Part shown: positions 38,607-47,882 of the stretch, piece by piece
How the letters are laid out: each line of letters starts with the position of its first letter
Numbering within the stretch: position 1 is the stretch's first letter
Assembly (NCBI GenBank): GCA_031459875.1
Contig: JAVKHQ010000002.1
Coordinates: 32,001-96,000, forward strand
Origin: Candidatus Fervidifonticultor sextus
Lineage (GTDB): Bacteria; Sysuimicrobiota; Sysuimicrobiia; Sysuimicrobiales; Humicultoraceae
DNA length: 64,000 nt
Reading direction: 5' to 3'
Made by a program: the position numbers and the translations under genes
Notes under the pieces: model-generated
What the model saw: only the letters and a program-made list of their open reading frames with translations
The model's database searches: none
Told to the model about the DNA's origin: nothing

Positions 38607-39833
38607 CTATCCTCCTGCGCTGGCCTCGGTGGTGTCCTCGCCGCCGACCTTCTCCTGACCGCCCTTCGCCATGCCCACCGCCGCCATGGCCTTGATCTGC
38701 TCCTGGTACTGCCCGCGATAGCGGAAGCCGTGCGACCGGTCGGGGCGGTGCTGAATCTTCTCGGCCACCCAGGCCTGGTATCCGGCCCGATCCGCCTTCC
38801 ACATCTCCCACTGGCTGGCGTTGTCGGTGAACGCAGACTCGTTCACCATGGTGATGCAGTGATCGATGGGGCAGACCGCCTCACACACGCCGCAGCCGCA
38901 GCAGGCCTCCATGTTGGCGTCGTAGAGCCCGTCGGGTGTGACGTCGAAACAGGAGTCCGGGCACTGCAGCCAGCACAGCGTGCACTTGATGCACTTGTCG
39001 AAGTCGACCACCGGCCGCATGGTGCGGGTGCTGAACTTCTTGAAGTAGGGGTTGCGCGCCGGCCGGTAGCCTCCGACCTGCCCGGTGACGGGGTCGGCGA
39101 TCCCGTTGCCCATGGCAATGCTGCGGATCGTGACGCCCTCGGCCATCTCCTTCCATCCGGGCAGGACGAACGCGTAGGGGGTGTCGGTGACCCCGACCCC
39201 CGCTGGCACCTCGGTGACCTCCACCCGCTCATACGCCTTGCGGGATGAGAGCATCTTCAGTTCGTCGTTCCACTCCTCCAGGATGGCCTGCTCGACCGCC
39301 TTGAGCCCCACCATCTCGGGGACCAGCCTGGCGATGGTACCCAGCAGCCGCACATCGGTGTGGTCGTCCTTGTAGACCCACAGGCCGGAGAAGCTGGGGA
39401 TCGCGCGCAGGACCGCCAGGTGGTAGGGGGCGTCCTTGGCGTGGATCATCTGGAGCAGGTCGTCGAACCCCAGCATGGAGGTCACGATCAGGTAGCCACC
39501 GGGATTGAGGAGCCGGTTGATGGGCTGCAGGCCGTACCAGGCCCACGACTCCACGCCCTTGCACAGCGTGTCGTCCACCGCGATGGTGACGTCCACGTGC
39601 TTGGGCTCGTACTGGGCCATGCTCTCCTCGAGGGTCTCCTCGTCGGGGGCGATGATGGCGAAGTTCTTGGCCGGGATGCCGTTGCGCTCCGGCGAGTCGC
39701 CGTACCGCCCGAAGGAGATGCCGGTCTTGCCCTCCTTGGAGGCCGCCAGGACCAGTCCGCGGCTGATGTGCTTGGCCAGGGTCTTCTGGAAGATCCCGCG
39801 GTAGACGATTTCCACCGCGTAGCTGCGCCTCAT
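38607..39833 (-). CDS. Fused gamma/delta subunit of 2-oxoacid:ferredoxin oxidoreductase (2x4Fe-4S)
   Basis: YGDSPERNGIP; CIKCTLCWLQCP and CCGCGVCEAVCP. Confidence 0.88.
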   Translation of the reverse strand: MRRSYAVEIVYRGIFQKTLAKHISRGLVLAASKEGKTGISFGRYGDSPERNGIPAKNFAIIAPDEETLEESMAQYEPKHVDVTIAVDDTLCKGVESWAWYGLQPINRLLNPGGYLIVTSMLGFDDLLQMIHAKDAPYHLAVLRAIPSFSGLWVYKDDHTDVRLLGTIARLVPEMVGLKAVEQAILEEWNDELKMLSSRKAYERVEVTEVPAGVGVTDTPYAFVLPGWKEMAEGVTIRSIAMGNGIADPVTGQVGGYRPARNPYFKKFSTRTMRPVVDFDKCIKCTLCWLQCPDSCFDVTPDGLYDANMEACCGCGVCEAVCPIDHCITMVNESAFTDNASQWEMWKADRAGYQAWVAEKIQHRPDRSHGFRYRGQYQEQIKAMAAVGMAKGGQEKVGGEDTTEASAGG

Positions 39834-39876
39834 CCTCGACTCCCCCTCACCCTCGTCCGCGTGCCGCACCGCCCGG

Positions 39877-40632
39877 TCACCGTCGCGGGGCCCCGGCGCC
39901 CACGGGCTGGCGCTCGGACAGCAACATCTCCTCGATCTGCTCCAGGTGGTTGAGCATGGCCTGCCCGGCGGCCTCGGCGTCGCGGCGGCGGATCGCTTCC
40001 AGGATCTGCCGGTGCCCGCGCAACGAGCGCTGCGGCCGGCCGCGCCCCTGCAGCGACCGCTCGCGGCCCTCGCGCAGCAGGTCCATCAGGACGTCGATGA
40101 CCCGCAGGACCACCTGGTTGCGCGACGCCCGGGCGATCAGGTCATGGAAGGCGCTGTCCTCTTCGATGGCCAGGCCGCCGGCCTCGACCTTGGCCGCCTG
40201 CCGGGCCAGAATGGCCTCCAGCGCCTGGATCTCCTCGGGGGTGGCGTGGCGGGCAGCCTCGCGGGCAATCGCCGGCTCGATCATCTTGCGCACGGCGAGC
40301 AGGTCGGCGAGCAGGTCGCGCCGGGCCAGCAGGGCCGAGGCCAGCGGCGCCACCAGGTTGTCGGTGGAGAGTTCCCGGACCACGGTCCCCTCGCCCTGCC
40401 GCGGCTCGAGGAGCCCGGCGACCTCGAGGGTGCGGATGGCGTCCCGGACCGACGTGCGGCTGACACCCAGCGCCGCAGCCAGCTGGCGCTCGGGCGGCAG
40501 TTTGTCCCCGGGCTTGAGGCGGCCGTCGGCGATCAGGCGGCGGATGCGCGAGGCGACCTCCTCGTGGACCTTCGTCCGGCGGACGGGTTCCAGGGAATCC
40601 TTCAAGCGGTCAACCCGGGGTTCTTGACCCAT
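39877..40632 (-). CDS. FadR/GntR family regulator (LldR/PdhR/GlcC-like)
   Basis: LKPGDKLPPERQLA..GVSRTSVRDA, RQGEGT, FCD domain DSAFH. Confidence 0.92.
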   Translation of the reverse strand: MGQEPRVDRLKDSLEPVRRTKVHEEVASRIRRLIADGRLKPGDKLPPERQLAAALGVSRTSVRDAIRTLEVAGLLEPRQGEGTVVRELSTDNLVAPLASALLARRDLLADLLAVRKMIEPAIAREAARHATPEEIQALEAILARQAAKVEAGGLAIEEDSAFHDLIARASRNQVVLRVIDVLMDLLREGRERSLQGRGRPQRSLRGHRQILEAIRRRDAEAAGQAMLNHLEQIEEMLLSERQPVGAGAPRR

Positions 40633-40643
40633 ACGCTGAAGAT

Positions 40644-40705
40644 TGGTCCAATGGTCCAACATCTGCCCGCAAGAGAAGTATGATGCCCGGGGGAGGGCGT
40701 GTCAA
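40644..40705 (-). promoter_or_regulatory. Promoter TTGACA-17-CATACT (40677-40705) with downstream tandem TGGTCCAA x2 candidate FadR operator (40644-40659)
   Basis: Direct reading; TGGT half sites are typical of FadR-subfamily operators. Confidence 0.65.
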
Positions 40706-40930
40706 GTGACCCCGGCGCTCACACGCCTTTAGGCAGAGGGGGCGGGTAACTGGAGAGGAATGCGCTGAGGTTGGATGCTCACGCTGGACGCCTTGCCGCT
40801 CAGGACCCGGTGAATGTTCTGCTGGATACTTCGGCGGCCTGCAACCGGTGAACGGTCGCCGAGGGGTCATATTACCCAGGCTGAGTTTCCCCAGCCTGGG
40901 GGGTCATATTCAATACATTCGGTGGCGACC

Positions 40931-42211
40931 CTACCGCCCGACCATCCTCCCTCCCGACGGCCCCCGTGTTGCTGGCACGCGATCCCGCGGCAGACCGTAG
41001 GCACAGCAGGCGGCGACCAGGCCGCCGACGCCCAGCGCCCCAAACGCCCAGCCCCAGGTGGTCGCCACCACTCCCGGGGGATTCGTGGCGTCGAGGATGG
41101 CCCCGAAGACGAGCGGTGCCGCGGCGCCGGCACCGAAGCCCAGGATTGACCGCACCGCCAGCGCCGCGCCCAGGTAGGCGGGGCGCACCGCCTCGGTCAG
41201 CGCCACCGAGAGCACAGGCGAGTCACCCAGCGCCGCAAATCCGTACAGCGCGCCGACGAGGGCCAGGACGGCCAGCGGCGCGGCGACCAGCCACCCAAAG
41301 ACCAGTGAGCAGCCGGCGCTGGCGGCGGCCAGCGCCAGCAGCACGGTGCGCCGTCCCAGGCGGTCGGAGAGGTGCCCCATCGACGACGAAGCCAGCAGGC
41401 CCATGACATGGAATGCCGACGCCAGATACGCGCCCACCTCGGCGGACCTGACGGCCGCCGCCCCTGCACGGGCCAGGCTGGCTGCGACAAACGCCGGCGC
41501 CCAGGCCCACATGCCCAGCAACTCCCACGAATGGAAGACGTAGCCGGCCGTCAGGCGGACGGCCTGCGGGTTGCGGAAGACCTCGGTCTGGACGCGCAAC
41601 GTTGCATGCCGCGGGTGTACCACGTTGGGCGTCGAGCGCAGCGCCAGCCACGCGACCACCAGTCCCAGTACAGGCCCGGTGGCTGCTGCCATGAATGCGA
41701 GGGGGTAGCCCCCGCGGGGCAGCATGGCCCCGGTGAGGAGCAGCGACGCGGCGTGGCTCAGCGAGGAACTGGCGATCAACCAGCCCATGGCGCTGCCGCG
41801 GGTCTTGGGGGGAAAGCGGTCCGCGATAAGCATGATGGCTGTCGTGTACGTCCCGCCCTGGGCCACTGCCGCCAGCGTCAGCAGCACGAGACCGGAGGCA
41901 TAGGACCGCGCCAGGGACGCGAAGGCCAGTGCTGTGGCCGCGCTGGCCACCGCCGAGGACAGGTAGACGCGGCGAGCGCCGACCCGGTCGGCCAGCCACG
42001 AGAAGGCCAGCAGTGAAACGGCGTAGCCGACCTGAAACCCGGTGGAGACCGACCCCGCCTGCGTGCCGGACATATCCCACGCGACCCTGAGCACCGGCAG
42101 AGACGCTGCGTAGGTCATGAAGATCAGGGTCGTGAAGAAGCGCGCGCTGCACAGCCCCAGCAGCCACAGGTCAGGCCGGTCTTGGGAGTTCACGGCATGC
42201 GCCTGGGCCAT
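40931..42211 (-). CDS. MFS transporter
   Basis: LADRVGARR, LSDRLGRR, 12 TM. Confidence 0.92.
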   Translation of the reverse strand: MAQAHAVNSQDRPDLWLLGLCSARFFTTLIFMTYAASLPVLRVAWDMSGTQAGSVSTGFQVGYAVSLLAFSWLADRVGARRVYLSSAVASAATALAFASLARSYASGLVLLTLAAVAQGGTYTTAIMLIADRFPPKTRGSAMGWLIASSSLSHAASLLLTGAMLPRGGYPLAFMAAATGPVLGLVVAWLALRSTPNVVHPRHATLRVQTEVFRNPQAVRLTAGYVFHSWELLGMWAWAPAFVAASLARAGAAAVRSAEVGAYLASAFHVMGLLASSSMGHLSDRLGRRTVLLALAAASAGCSLVFGWLVAAPLAVLALVGALYGFAALGDSPVLSVALTEAVRPAYLGAALAVRSILGFGAGAAAPLVFGAILDATNPPGVVATTWGWAFGALGVGGLVAACCAYGLPRDRVPATRGPSGGRMVGR

Positions 42212-43546
42212 CCGCCGCACTCAACCGCACACACCTGCCACTCGCCTGGAACCCCCTTGAGGGCGTGCCGGCCTCGCTCTTGGAACAGGATCCCCGAACC
42301 GGCCACCAGATCCCTGACCGTGCTGGAGGCCAGGACCTCCCCCGCGCCCGCCAGCGCCGCGACCCGGGCGCCAATGTGCACGGCGATGCCACCGATGGTG
42401 GAGCCCATGACCTCCACTTCTCCGGTGTGCAGGCCCGCTCTGATCTCGATGCCGAGCCCGCGCGCCGCGTCGCGGATAGCGCAGGCGCATCGGATCGCTC
42501 TGGCCGGTCCGTCAAAGGAGGCAAGGAAGCTGTCGCCGGCCGTATCGATTTCCCGCCCCCGATACCGCCGGAGTTCAGCGCGCACCACAGCCCGATAGCG
42601 TTCGAGGAGATCCCGCCAGCGGCGATCTCCCATCTCCGAGGCCCGCTCGGTGGATCCCACGATGTCGGTGAACAGGACGGTGGCCAGGATCCGGTCGGGC
42701 TCGGGAGCCGGTGTTGCCCAGGTGAGGAACTCCTCGATTTCGGTCAGGATGGCGTCCTGATCGCCGACAAACGGGAGGTGGTCCTCGCCGGGCACCTCCA
42801 CGAGCCTGGCCCCGGGAACGCGCTGGGCCATGTACCGGCTCGCCTCGACGGGCAGTGTCACGTCGCCCGTCCGGTGGATCACCAGCGTCGGCACCCGGAT
42901 GGTCGGGAGCACGTGCCTGATGTCGATCTGGTAGTTCATCCGCGTCAGCGCCACCACGGCACCCGGGCTCGCGCTCCGGGTCAGGTAGGTTGCCCACCAC
43001 TGCCTGAAGCGCTGGTCGCCCGCCAGACTCGGCGCGCGGAGGTCAAGCAGGACCGGTTCTCCCCATCGCTCGCGGATCTCCCGCACGAGGGCATCCAGGT
43101 GTTCCTGCGTGGCGCCCCACGGGTAGTCCGGTGCCCAGGCACGGCGCGCATACGACCCGTACATGACCAGCGCCAGGGTTCTCTCGGGGTGCGTGGCCGC
43201 AAACAGCGCACACATCGGCCCCCCCCTCCGAGATGCCCAGCAAGGCAGCCCGCGGCGAGCCCACAGCATCCATGACCGCCCGGACGTCGTCCATGCGCTG
43301 CTCGAGCGTAGGGAGTTGAGAGTCCGGAACCCGGTCCGAGAGCCCGGTCCCCCGTTTGTCAAACAGAATGAGGCGAGAGAACGATGCCAGGCGGGAGAGG
43401 AACCGGGCGAAGGACGGCTCTTCCCAGTAGTAGTCCAGGTGGGACACCCAGCCCATCACAAAGACGAGGTCGATCGGGCCGCGCCCGACCACCTGATAGG
43501 CGATGTTGACATCGCCGCTGCGAGCGTACCGAGTCTCCGGCTGCAT
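42190..43546 (-). pseudogene. Alpha/beta hydrolase + class III adenylate/guanylate cyclase fusion (LipJ-like), frameshifted in a G8 tract
   Basis: FDKRGTGLSD and GISEGG in one frame, GGPMC..LFTDIVGST..GLHTGE in another; C8 run at 43219-43226. Confidence 0.85.
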
Positions 43547-43578
43547 GCGAACTGACCCCGTCGCCCTGCCGCCTGCGC

Positions 43579-44859
43579 CTAGCGGCGCCCGACCAGCAGC
43601 GGCAGGATCTCCATCCCCCGCAGGTGCCCGAGCGCCCCGCGAGCCGCGGCGGACTCCGTGAACCGGCCTGCGCCATCGGGCGCGGTCCCGGCGCCGCTGA
43701 CCAGCAGCGGCACCGGGTCGGCCGAGTGGCCGCGCAGTTCGCAAGGCGTCGCATGGTCGGCGGTCACCGCCACGACCGCCTCGTCCAGGGCGAGCCCGGG
43801 CAGCAACGTGCCGAAGAAGTGTGCGTCGATCTCCTCGATCACGCGGCGCTTGGCGGGGCAGTCGCCGTCGTGGCCGGGCTCGTCCGGGCCCTTGAGGTGC
43901 AGGTATAGCCCGTCGAACTGTGGCAGGACCTCCAGGGCGCGGCGCGCCCAGGCCTGGTAGACCTCGCTGCGGCCCGCGGCGGCTCGGTGGGGCACTTCCA
44001 CAATACCCATCCCCAGGTACCGCGCGATGCCGCGCTCGACCGGCATTTCGACGAAGCAGCCGAGCCGGACGCCGAAGCGTTCGCGCATCGGCGGGACCGA
44101 GGGGAGGTGGTCGCCGCCGTCGCGCACCAGGATCAGGTTCCCGGGCGGCTTGCCCTCGGCCCGGCGGCGGACGTTCACCGGATGGGCGTCCATGATGGCG
44201 CGGCTCTTCCAGGTGAACTCGTTGACCAGCGCCGCGGCGGTGCGCGCCTCTGCCGAATCGTCGAGGGGCACGCACTCGGCTACCTCGTCCTTGAAGGTCG
44301 CCAGCGCGACGCCCAGCCCCCCGACCCGTCCGTAGGCGGGGTCGGTGTTGGAGATCTTGGCGCTGAGGCGTCCTTCGAGGGGGTGGAAGACGACCGCGCA
44401 ACGGTGCCCGATCGAGGCCGCCACGACCACCGTGGCCGGCGCGCTCTCCAGGCGGATCTGGGCGGTGACCGCCTCCGCCAGCGCATGGGCCTCTTCCGAG
44501 GTCAGGTTGCGGCCCACCCGGCGGTCCAGGATCCGCCTCCCCTCGCCGCCGGTCGCGAAGTTGCCGCGCAGGGCTAGGTCGCCGTCGCCGAAGGCGAGGT
44601 CGGCGCCCAGCGCCTCCAGCGGTCCCCTCCCGGCGTGGTAGACCATCGGGTCATACCCCAGGATGGCCGTCACCGCCACGTCCGACTCGGGTGCGATCCC
44701 CTCGCCGACGGTCGTGACCAGCCCCTGCTGCCCGGCGGCCGCCAGGCGGTCCAGGTGGGGGGTCGCGGCCGCCTCCAGCGGCGTACGGCCGCCGAGGGCC
44801 GCGATCGGCCGGTCGCCGGCGCCATCCAGGATCACGTAGAGGATCTTGGTGCGACTCAC
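43579..44859 (-). CDS. apgM: Archaeal-type cofactor-independent phosphoglycerate mutase (ApgM family)
   Basis: ILDGAGD, TPLEAA, PESD, KGPDEPGHDG, TADHATP, HSADPVP. Confidence 0.85.
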   Translation of the reverse strand: MSRTKILYVILDGAGDRPIAALGGRTPLEAAATPHLDRLAAAGQQGLVTTVGEGIAPESDVAVTAILGYDPMVYHAGRGPLEALGADLAFGDGDLALRGNFATGGEGRRILDRRVGRNLTSEEAHALAEAVTAQIRLESAPATVVVAASIGHRCAVVFHPLEGRLSAKISNTDPAYGRVGGLGVALATFKDEVAECVPLDDSAEARTAAALVNEFTWKSRAIMDAHPVNVRRRAEGKPPGNLILVRDGGDHLPSVPPMRERFGVRLGCFVEMPVERGIARYLGMGIVEVPHRAAAGRSEVYQAWARRALEVLPQFDGLYLHLKGPDEPGHDGDCPAKRRVIEEIDAHFFGTLLPGLALDEAVVAVTADHATPCELRGHSADPVPLLVSGAGTAPDGAGRFTESAAARGALGHLRGMEILPLLVGRR

Positions 44860-44899
44860 CTGGCCTCCCCACGAGCCGCCCGGATAGCAGGCGCGGGGC

Positions 44900-45775
44900 T
44901 CATCGCGCCAGCGCCGCCACCAGGTCCGGACTCAGTGTGCCCGCGTAGACCTCCTCGGCCGGCCCGGTCATCCGGATCCCCCAGTTCTCGGCCACCGCCA
45001 GCATCAGGTCTCCGCCCGGCGCCGAGACGGTCACCTGGCGGTCGGTGAGACCCTGGCGCACGGCGGCCGCCGCCACGGCGCTGGCGCTCGTCCCCGAGGC
45101 CATGGTCTCGCCGGCCCCGCGCTCCCAGATGAGGATCCGGACGCGGTCGCGGGAGACGACCTGCGCGAACTGCACGTTGGTCCTCCTGGGGAACAGGGGA
45201 TGCGTCTCCAGCAGCGGCCCCAGCCGATGGAGGTCCACCAGCGCCAGGTCGGGCACGAAGGCCACGCAGTGGGGGTTGCCCACCGACACCGCCGTGATGG
45301 CCAGGGGCCGGCCCGCCACGTCGATCACCTCGTCCACGACGTCGCGGGGCGGCCCGGCCACCGGGATGTCGGGACTCCAGAACGTCGCGCGGCCGATATC
45401 CACGGTCATCCGATCCACACGGCCGCCGGCGAGGTGCAGCGTGATGCCCGCCGGGCCGCCCGGAGTCTCCACGGTGAAGGTGGTCTGCGTGGCGTACCCG
45501 TGCTCATAGAGGAATTTCGCGAAGATGCGCAGCCCGTTCCCGCTCTTCTCCGCCTCGCTGCCGTCGGGATTGTAGATGCGCAGCCCGAAGTCGGCCCGGG
45601 CCGCCGGCGCCAGCGCCAGGATTCCGTCGGAGCCGACGCCCACGTGGCGGTCGCAGAGGCGGCGGATCGCCTGCGGGGTCAGGGCGAAGTCCAGCGCCGC
45701 CGGGTCCAGCACGATGTAGTCGTTGCCCAGCGCGTGGGACTTGACGAACCAGTTCCGGCCGGAGGGCGGGGTCAT
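44900..45775 (-). CDS. dapF: Diaminopimelate epimerase homologue with both catalytic Cys replaced by Ser
   Basis: KSHALGNDY, NPDGSEAEKSGNG, GNPHCV, WERGAGETMASGTS. Confidence 0.85.
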   Translation of the reverse strand: MTPPSGRNWFVKSHALGNDYIVLDPAALDFALTPQAIRRLCDRHVGVGSDGILALAPAARADFGLRIYNPDGSEAEKSGNGLRIFAKFLYEHGYATQTTFTVETPGGPAGITLHLAGGRVDRMTVDIGRATFWSPDIPVAGPPRDVVDEVIDVAGRPLAITAVSVGNPHCVAFVPDLALVDLHRLGPLLETHPLFPRRTNVQFAQVVSRDRVRILIWERGAGETMASGTSASAVAAAAVRQGLTDRQVTVSAPGGDLMLAVAENWGIRMTGPAEEVYAGTLSPDLVAALAR

Positions 45776-46773
45776 CCTCCGCGGTGCTCCGGCAGGGCTG
45801 ACGTGGCCCGCATCCTCCCCGGCATCCGGCCCGCCCGCCGCAGCGCACCCTCGATCAGGCGCTCGACGAGCGCCGGGAAGTCGATCCCTGCAGCGGCGGC
45901 CGCTTTGGGGAACAGGCTGCCCTCGGTCAGGCCCGGAATGGTGTTCACCTCCAGCACGACGACATCGGTCTCCCGCACGAACAGGTCCACCCGCGCGAAA
46001 TCCGCGCAGCCGAGGGCACGGTAGGCCCGCAGCGCCACCGACTGCGCCCGCCACACCGCCGCCTCGGGCAGCCGCGCCGGGCAGATCTCCTCTGCCGCGC
46101 CCGGAGTATACTTGGCCTCGTAGTCGAAAAACTCCCGCCTGGGGATGATCTCCACCAGCGGGAGCGCGACCGGCTCGTCCCGTTCGGGATCGTCGAGGAC
46201 CGCGCAGGTGGCCTCGGTCCCGGTCAGGTACTCCTCCACGAGGACCGCATCGCCGCACCCGAAGGCCGCATCCAGCGCCGGGCCCAATCGCTCCGCCTGG
46301 CGGACGATGCTCACCCCGATGCTGCTGCCCAGCGCATTGGGCTTGACCACGCAGGGGAAGCCCAGGGTCTGCTGGACCTCGGCCGCGAGCCGCGCCTCGC
46401 GCGCGGGCCGCTCGGCGCGTCCGAGCGCCAGGTAGCCGGGGGTCGGGATGCCGTTGAAGCCCAAGAGCTGGCGCGACCGGCGCTTGTCCATGGCGAGCGC
46501 GCTGGCCAGCACGCCCGAGCCCGTGTAGGGGATCCCGGCGAACTCCAGCATCCCCTGCATCGTCCCGTCTTCGCCGTAGGGACCGTGGAGCGCGATGAAC
46601 GCCACGTCGAGGTCCGCCGGCGGGAACCAGGGGCCGCGCGCGGGGATCTCCAGGGGCACCGGATCGAACCGGCCGGGGTCCATTGCGGCCAGCACCCGCC
46701 GGCCCGACGCCAGGGAAACCTCGCGTTCCTGCGACGGGCCGCCCATGAGCACGCCCACCCGCAGCCGGCTCAT
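45772..46773 (-). CDS. ddl: D-alanine--D-alanine ligase
   Basis: GGPSQEREVS, LHGPYGEDG, GSSIG, FFDYEAKY, EVNTIPG. Confidence 0.93.
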   Translation of the reverse strand: MSRLRVGVLMGGPSQEREVSLASGRRVLAAMDPGRFDPVPLEIPARGPWFPPADLDVAFIALHGPYGEDGTMQGMLEFAGIPYTGSGVLASALAMDKRRSRQLLGFNGIPTPGYLALGRAERPAREARLAAEVQQTLGFPCVVKPNALGSSIGVSIVRQAERLGPALDAAFGCGDAVLVEEYLTGTEATCAVLDDPERDEPVALPLVEIIPRREFFDYEAKYTPGAAEEICPARLPEAAVWRAQSVALRAYRALGCADFARVDLFVRETDVVVLEVNTIPGLTEGSLFPKAAAAAGIDFPALVERLIEGALRRAGRMPGRMRATSALPEHRGG

Positions 46774-47735
46774 GCCGGGACCTCCTTCACCGGAGCCTCC
46801 GTCGGGCCCCGTCGGAGCCGCCAGGCCGCGATGCGCTCGTGGAGCAGGGCTGCGGCGCCTTCGCTGAGCACGCTGGCAAAGGGGATGACCCGGCAGTCTT
46901 TCGGGATCAGGTCGCGGATGCGGTCCAGCACCCGCGGGGCAGCCAGCACGACGTCGGTCTCGCGGAGAATCCGGACTAGGCCATCGGGCTCCGCCAGGGT
47001 TGCCCTCTGCAGCCGCGGGGTCCGCAGCCCGACCGCCGCCAGCGACCGGGCCTTGCTGGTGACGCCCTCGCGCGTGGCGCAGACGAGGGCGACCCGGATG
47101 GTGCGGGGCAGACGCGCCACCTCATCCAGGGTGCGGAAATCAGGGAGCGCCATCAGGCCCACGACCTCGGTGCTGCGGACGCGGCTGCGCACGTCCTCGA
47201 CGTGGAAGAAGGTCGTCGCCACTAGGTCCACCTCGGCGAGACGGCGGGAGATGTCCTCCAGGAGCACCGGCACCACCGGCACCTCCACGGCCTCGCGCAC
47301 CAGCCGGGAGAAGTAGGCCAGGTCGACGGGGTTGCACTCCACGAACCCGACGCGGGGGCGCGGTGCGGTGCGCCGCGCCCCCGCCCTCACGGTGATGGCG
47401 GCCAGCAGGTCGTCGAGGCGAACCCCGGCGGCGGTGGCCGCCGCCAGCAGCCGATCGATCTGCGTGGCCAGCAGGCGCGAGGCGTGCGGCGACGGCGGCC
47501 TCCAGACCACATGGGTGCCGCGACCGGGCGCGGCGTCCAGCACGCCTTCCGCCTCCAGGTCGGCGTAGGCACGGGCGACGGTATTCCGGTTGACCCGCAG
47601 GAAGCCGGCCAGGGTGCGCACGGGCGGAAGCCGGGTACCGGATGCGAGGTGCCCCGTCAGGATCTGGTGGCGGATCTGCGCCTTGAGCTGGTCGGTCAGC
47701 GGAATTGAGCCGCGGCGGTGGAGGGAGAGACGCAC
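46770..47735 (-). CDS. GntR family (YtrA-like HTH) regulator with extended effector domain
   Basis: LPPVRTLAGFLRVNRNTVARAY, GRGT, GFVECN. Confidence 0.88.
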   Translation of the reverse strand: MRLSLHRRGSIPLTDQLKAQIRHQILTGHLASGTRLPPVRTLAGFLRVNRNTVARAYADLEAEGVLDAAPGRGTHVVWRPPSPHASRLLATQIDRLLAAATAAGVRLDDLLAAITVRAGARRTAPRPRVGFVECNPVDLAYFSRLVREAVEVPVVPVLLEDISRRLAEVDLVATTFFHVEDVRSRVRSTEVVGLMALPDFRTLDEVARLPRTIRVALVCATREGVTSKARSLAAVGLRTPRLQRATLAEPDGLVRILRETDVVLAAPRVLDRIRDLIPKDCRVIPFASVLSEGAAALLHERIAAWRLRRGPTEAPVKEVPA

Positions 47736-47739
47736 GGAT

Positions 47740-47791
47740 CTTGTCCTAATATGATTAGGACAAGTATGCCCCGGCCCTGCCGTCCTGTCAA
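47740..47791. promoter_or_regulatory. Perfect inverted repeat CTTGTCCTAAT-N3-ATTAGGACAAG (47740-47764) overlapping minus-strand promoter TTGACA-17-CATACT (47763-47791)
   Basis: 11-bp arms, AT-rich island in GC-rich DNA, between divergent operons. Confidence 0.8.
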
Positions 47792-47882
47792 CGGCGCCGG
47801 CTCATGCCACCCGAGAGGCCCCGCGCTTGGGGCACAGAATCGTTTCTTCGAGTCAGCGCCGTCAGGCGGGCGGAGGGGACCG

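Noticed and set aside
43579..44859. Phosphonate/other alkaline-phosphatase-superfamily novelty
   Set aside because: Motifs fit ordinary ApgM-type phosphoglycerate mutase
45772..46773. ddl as a vancomycin-resistance ligase
   Set aside because: Omega loop FFDYEAKY is the D-Ala-D-Ala type and no van genes are adjacent
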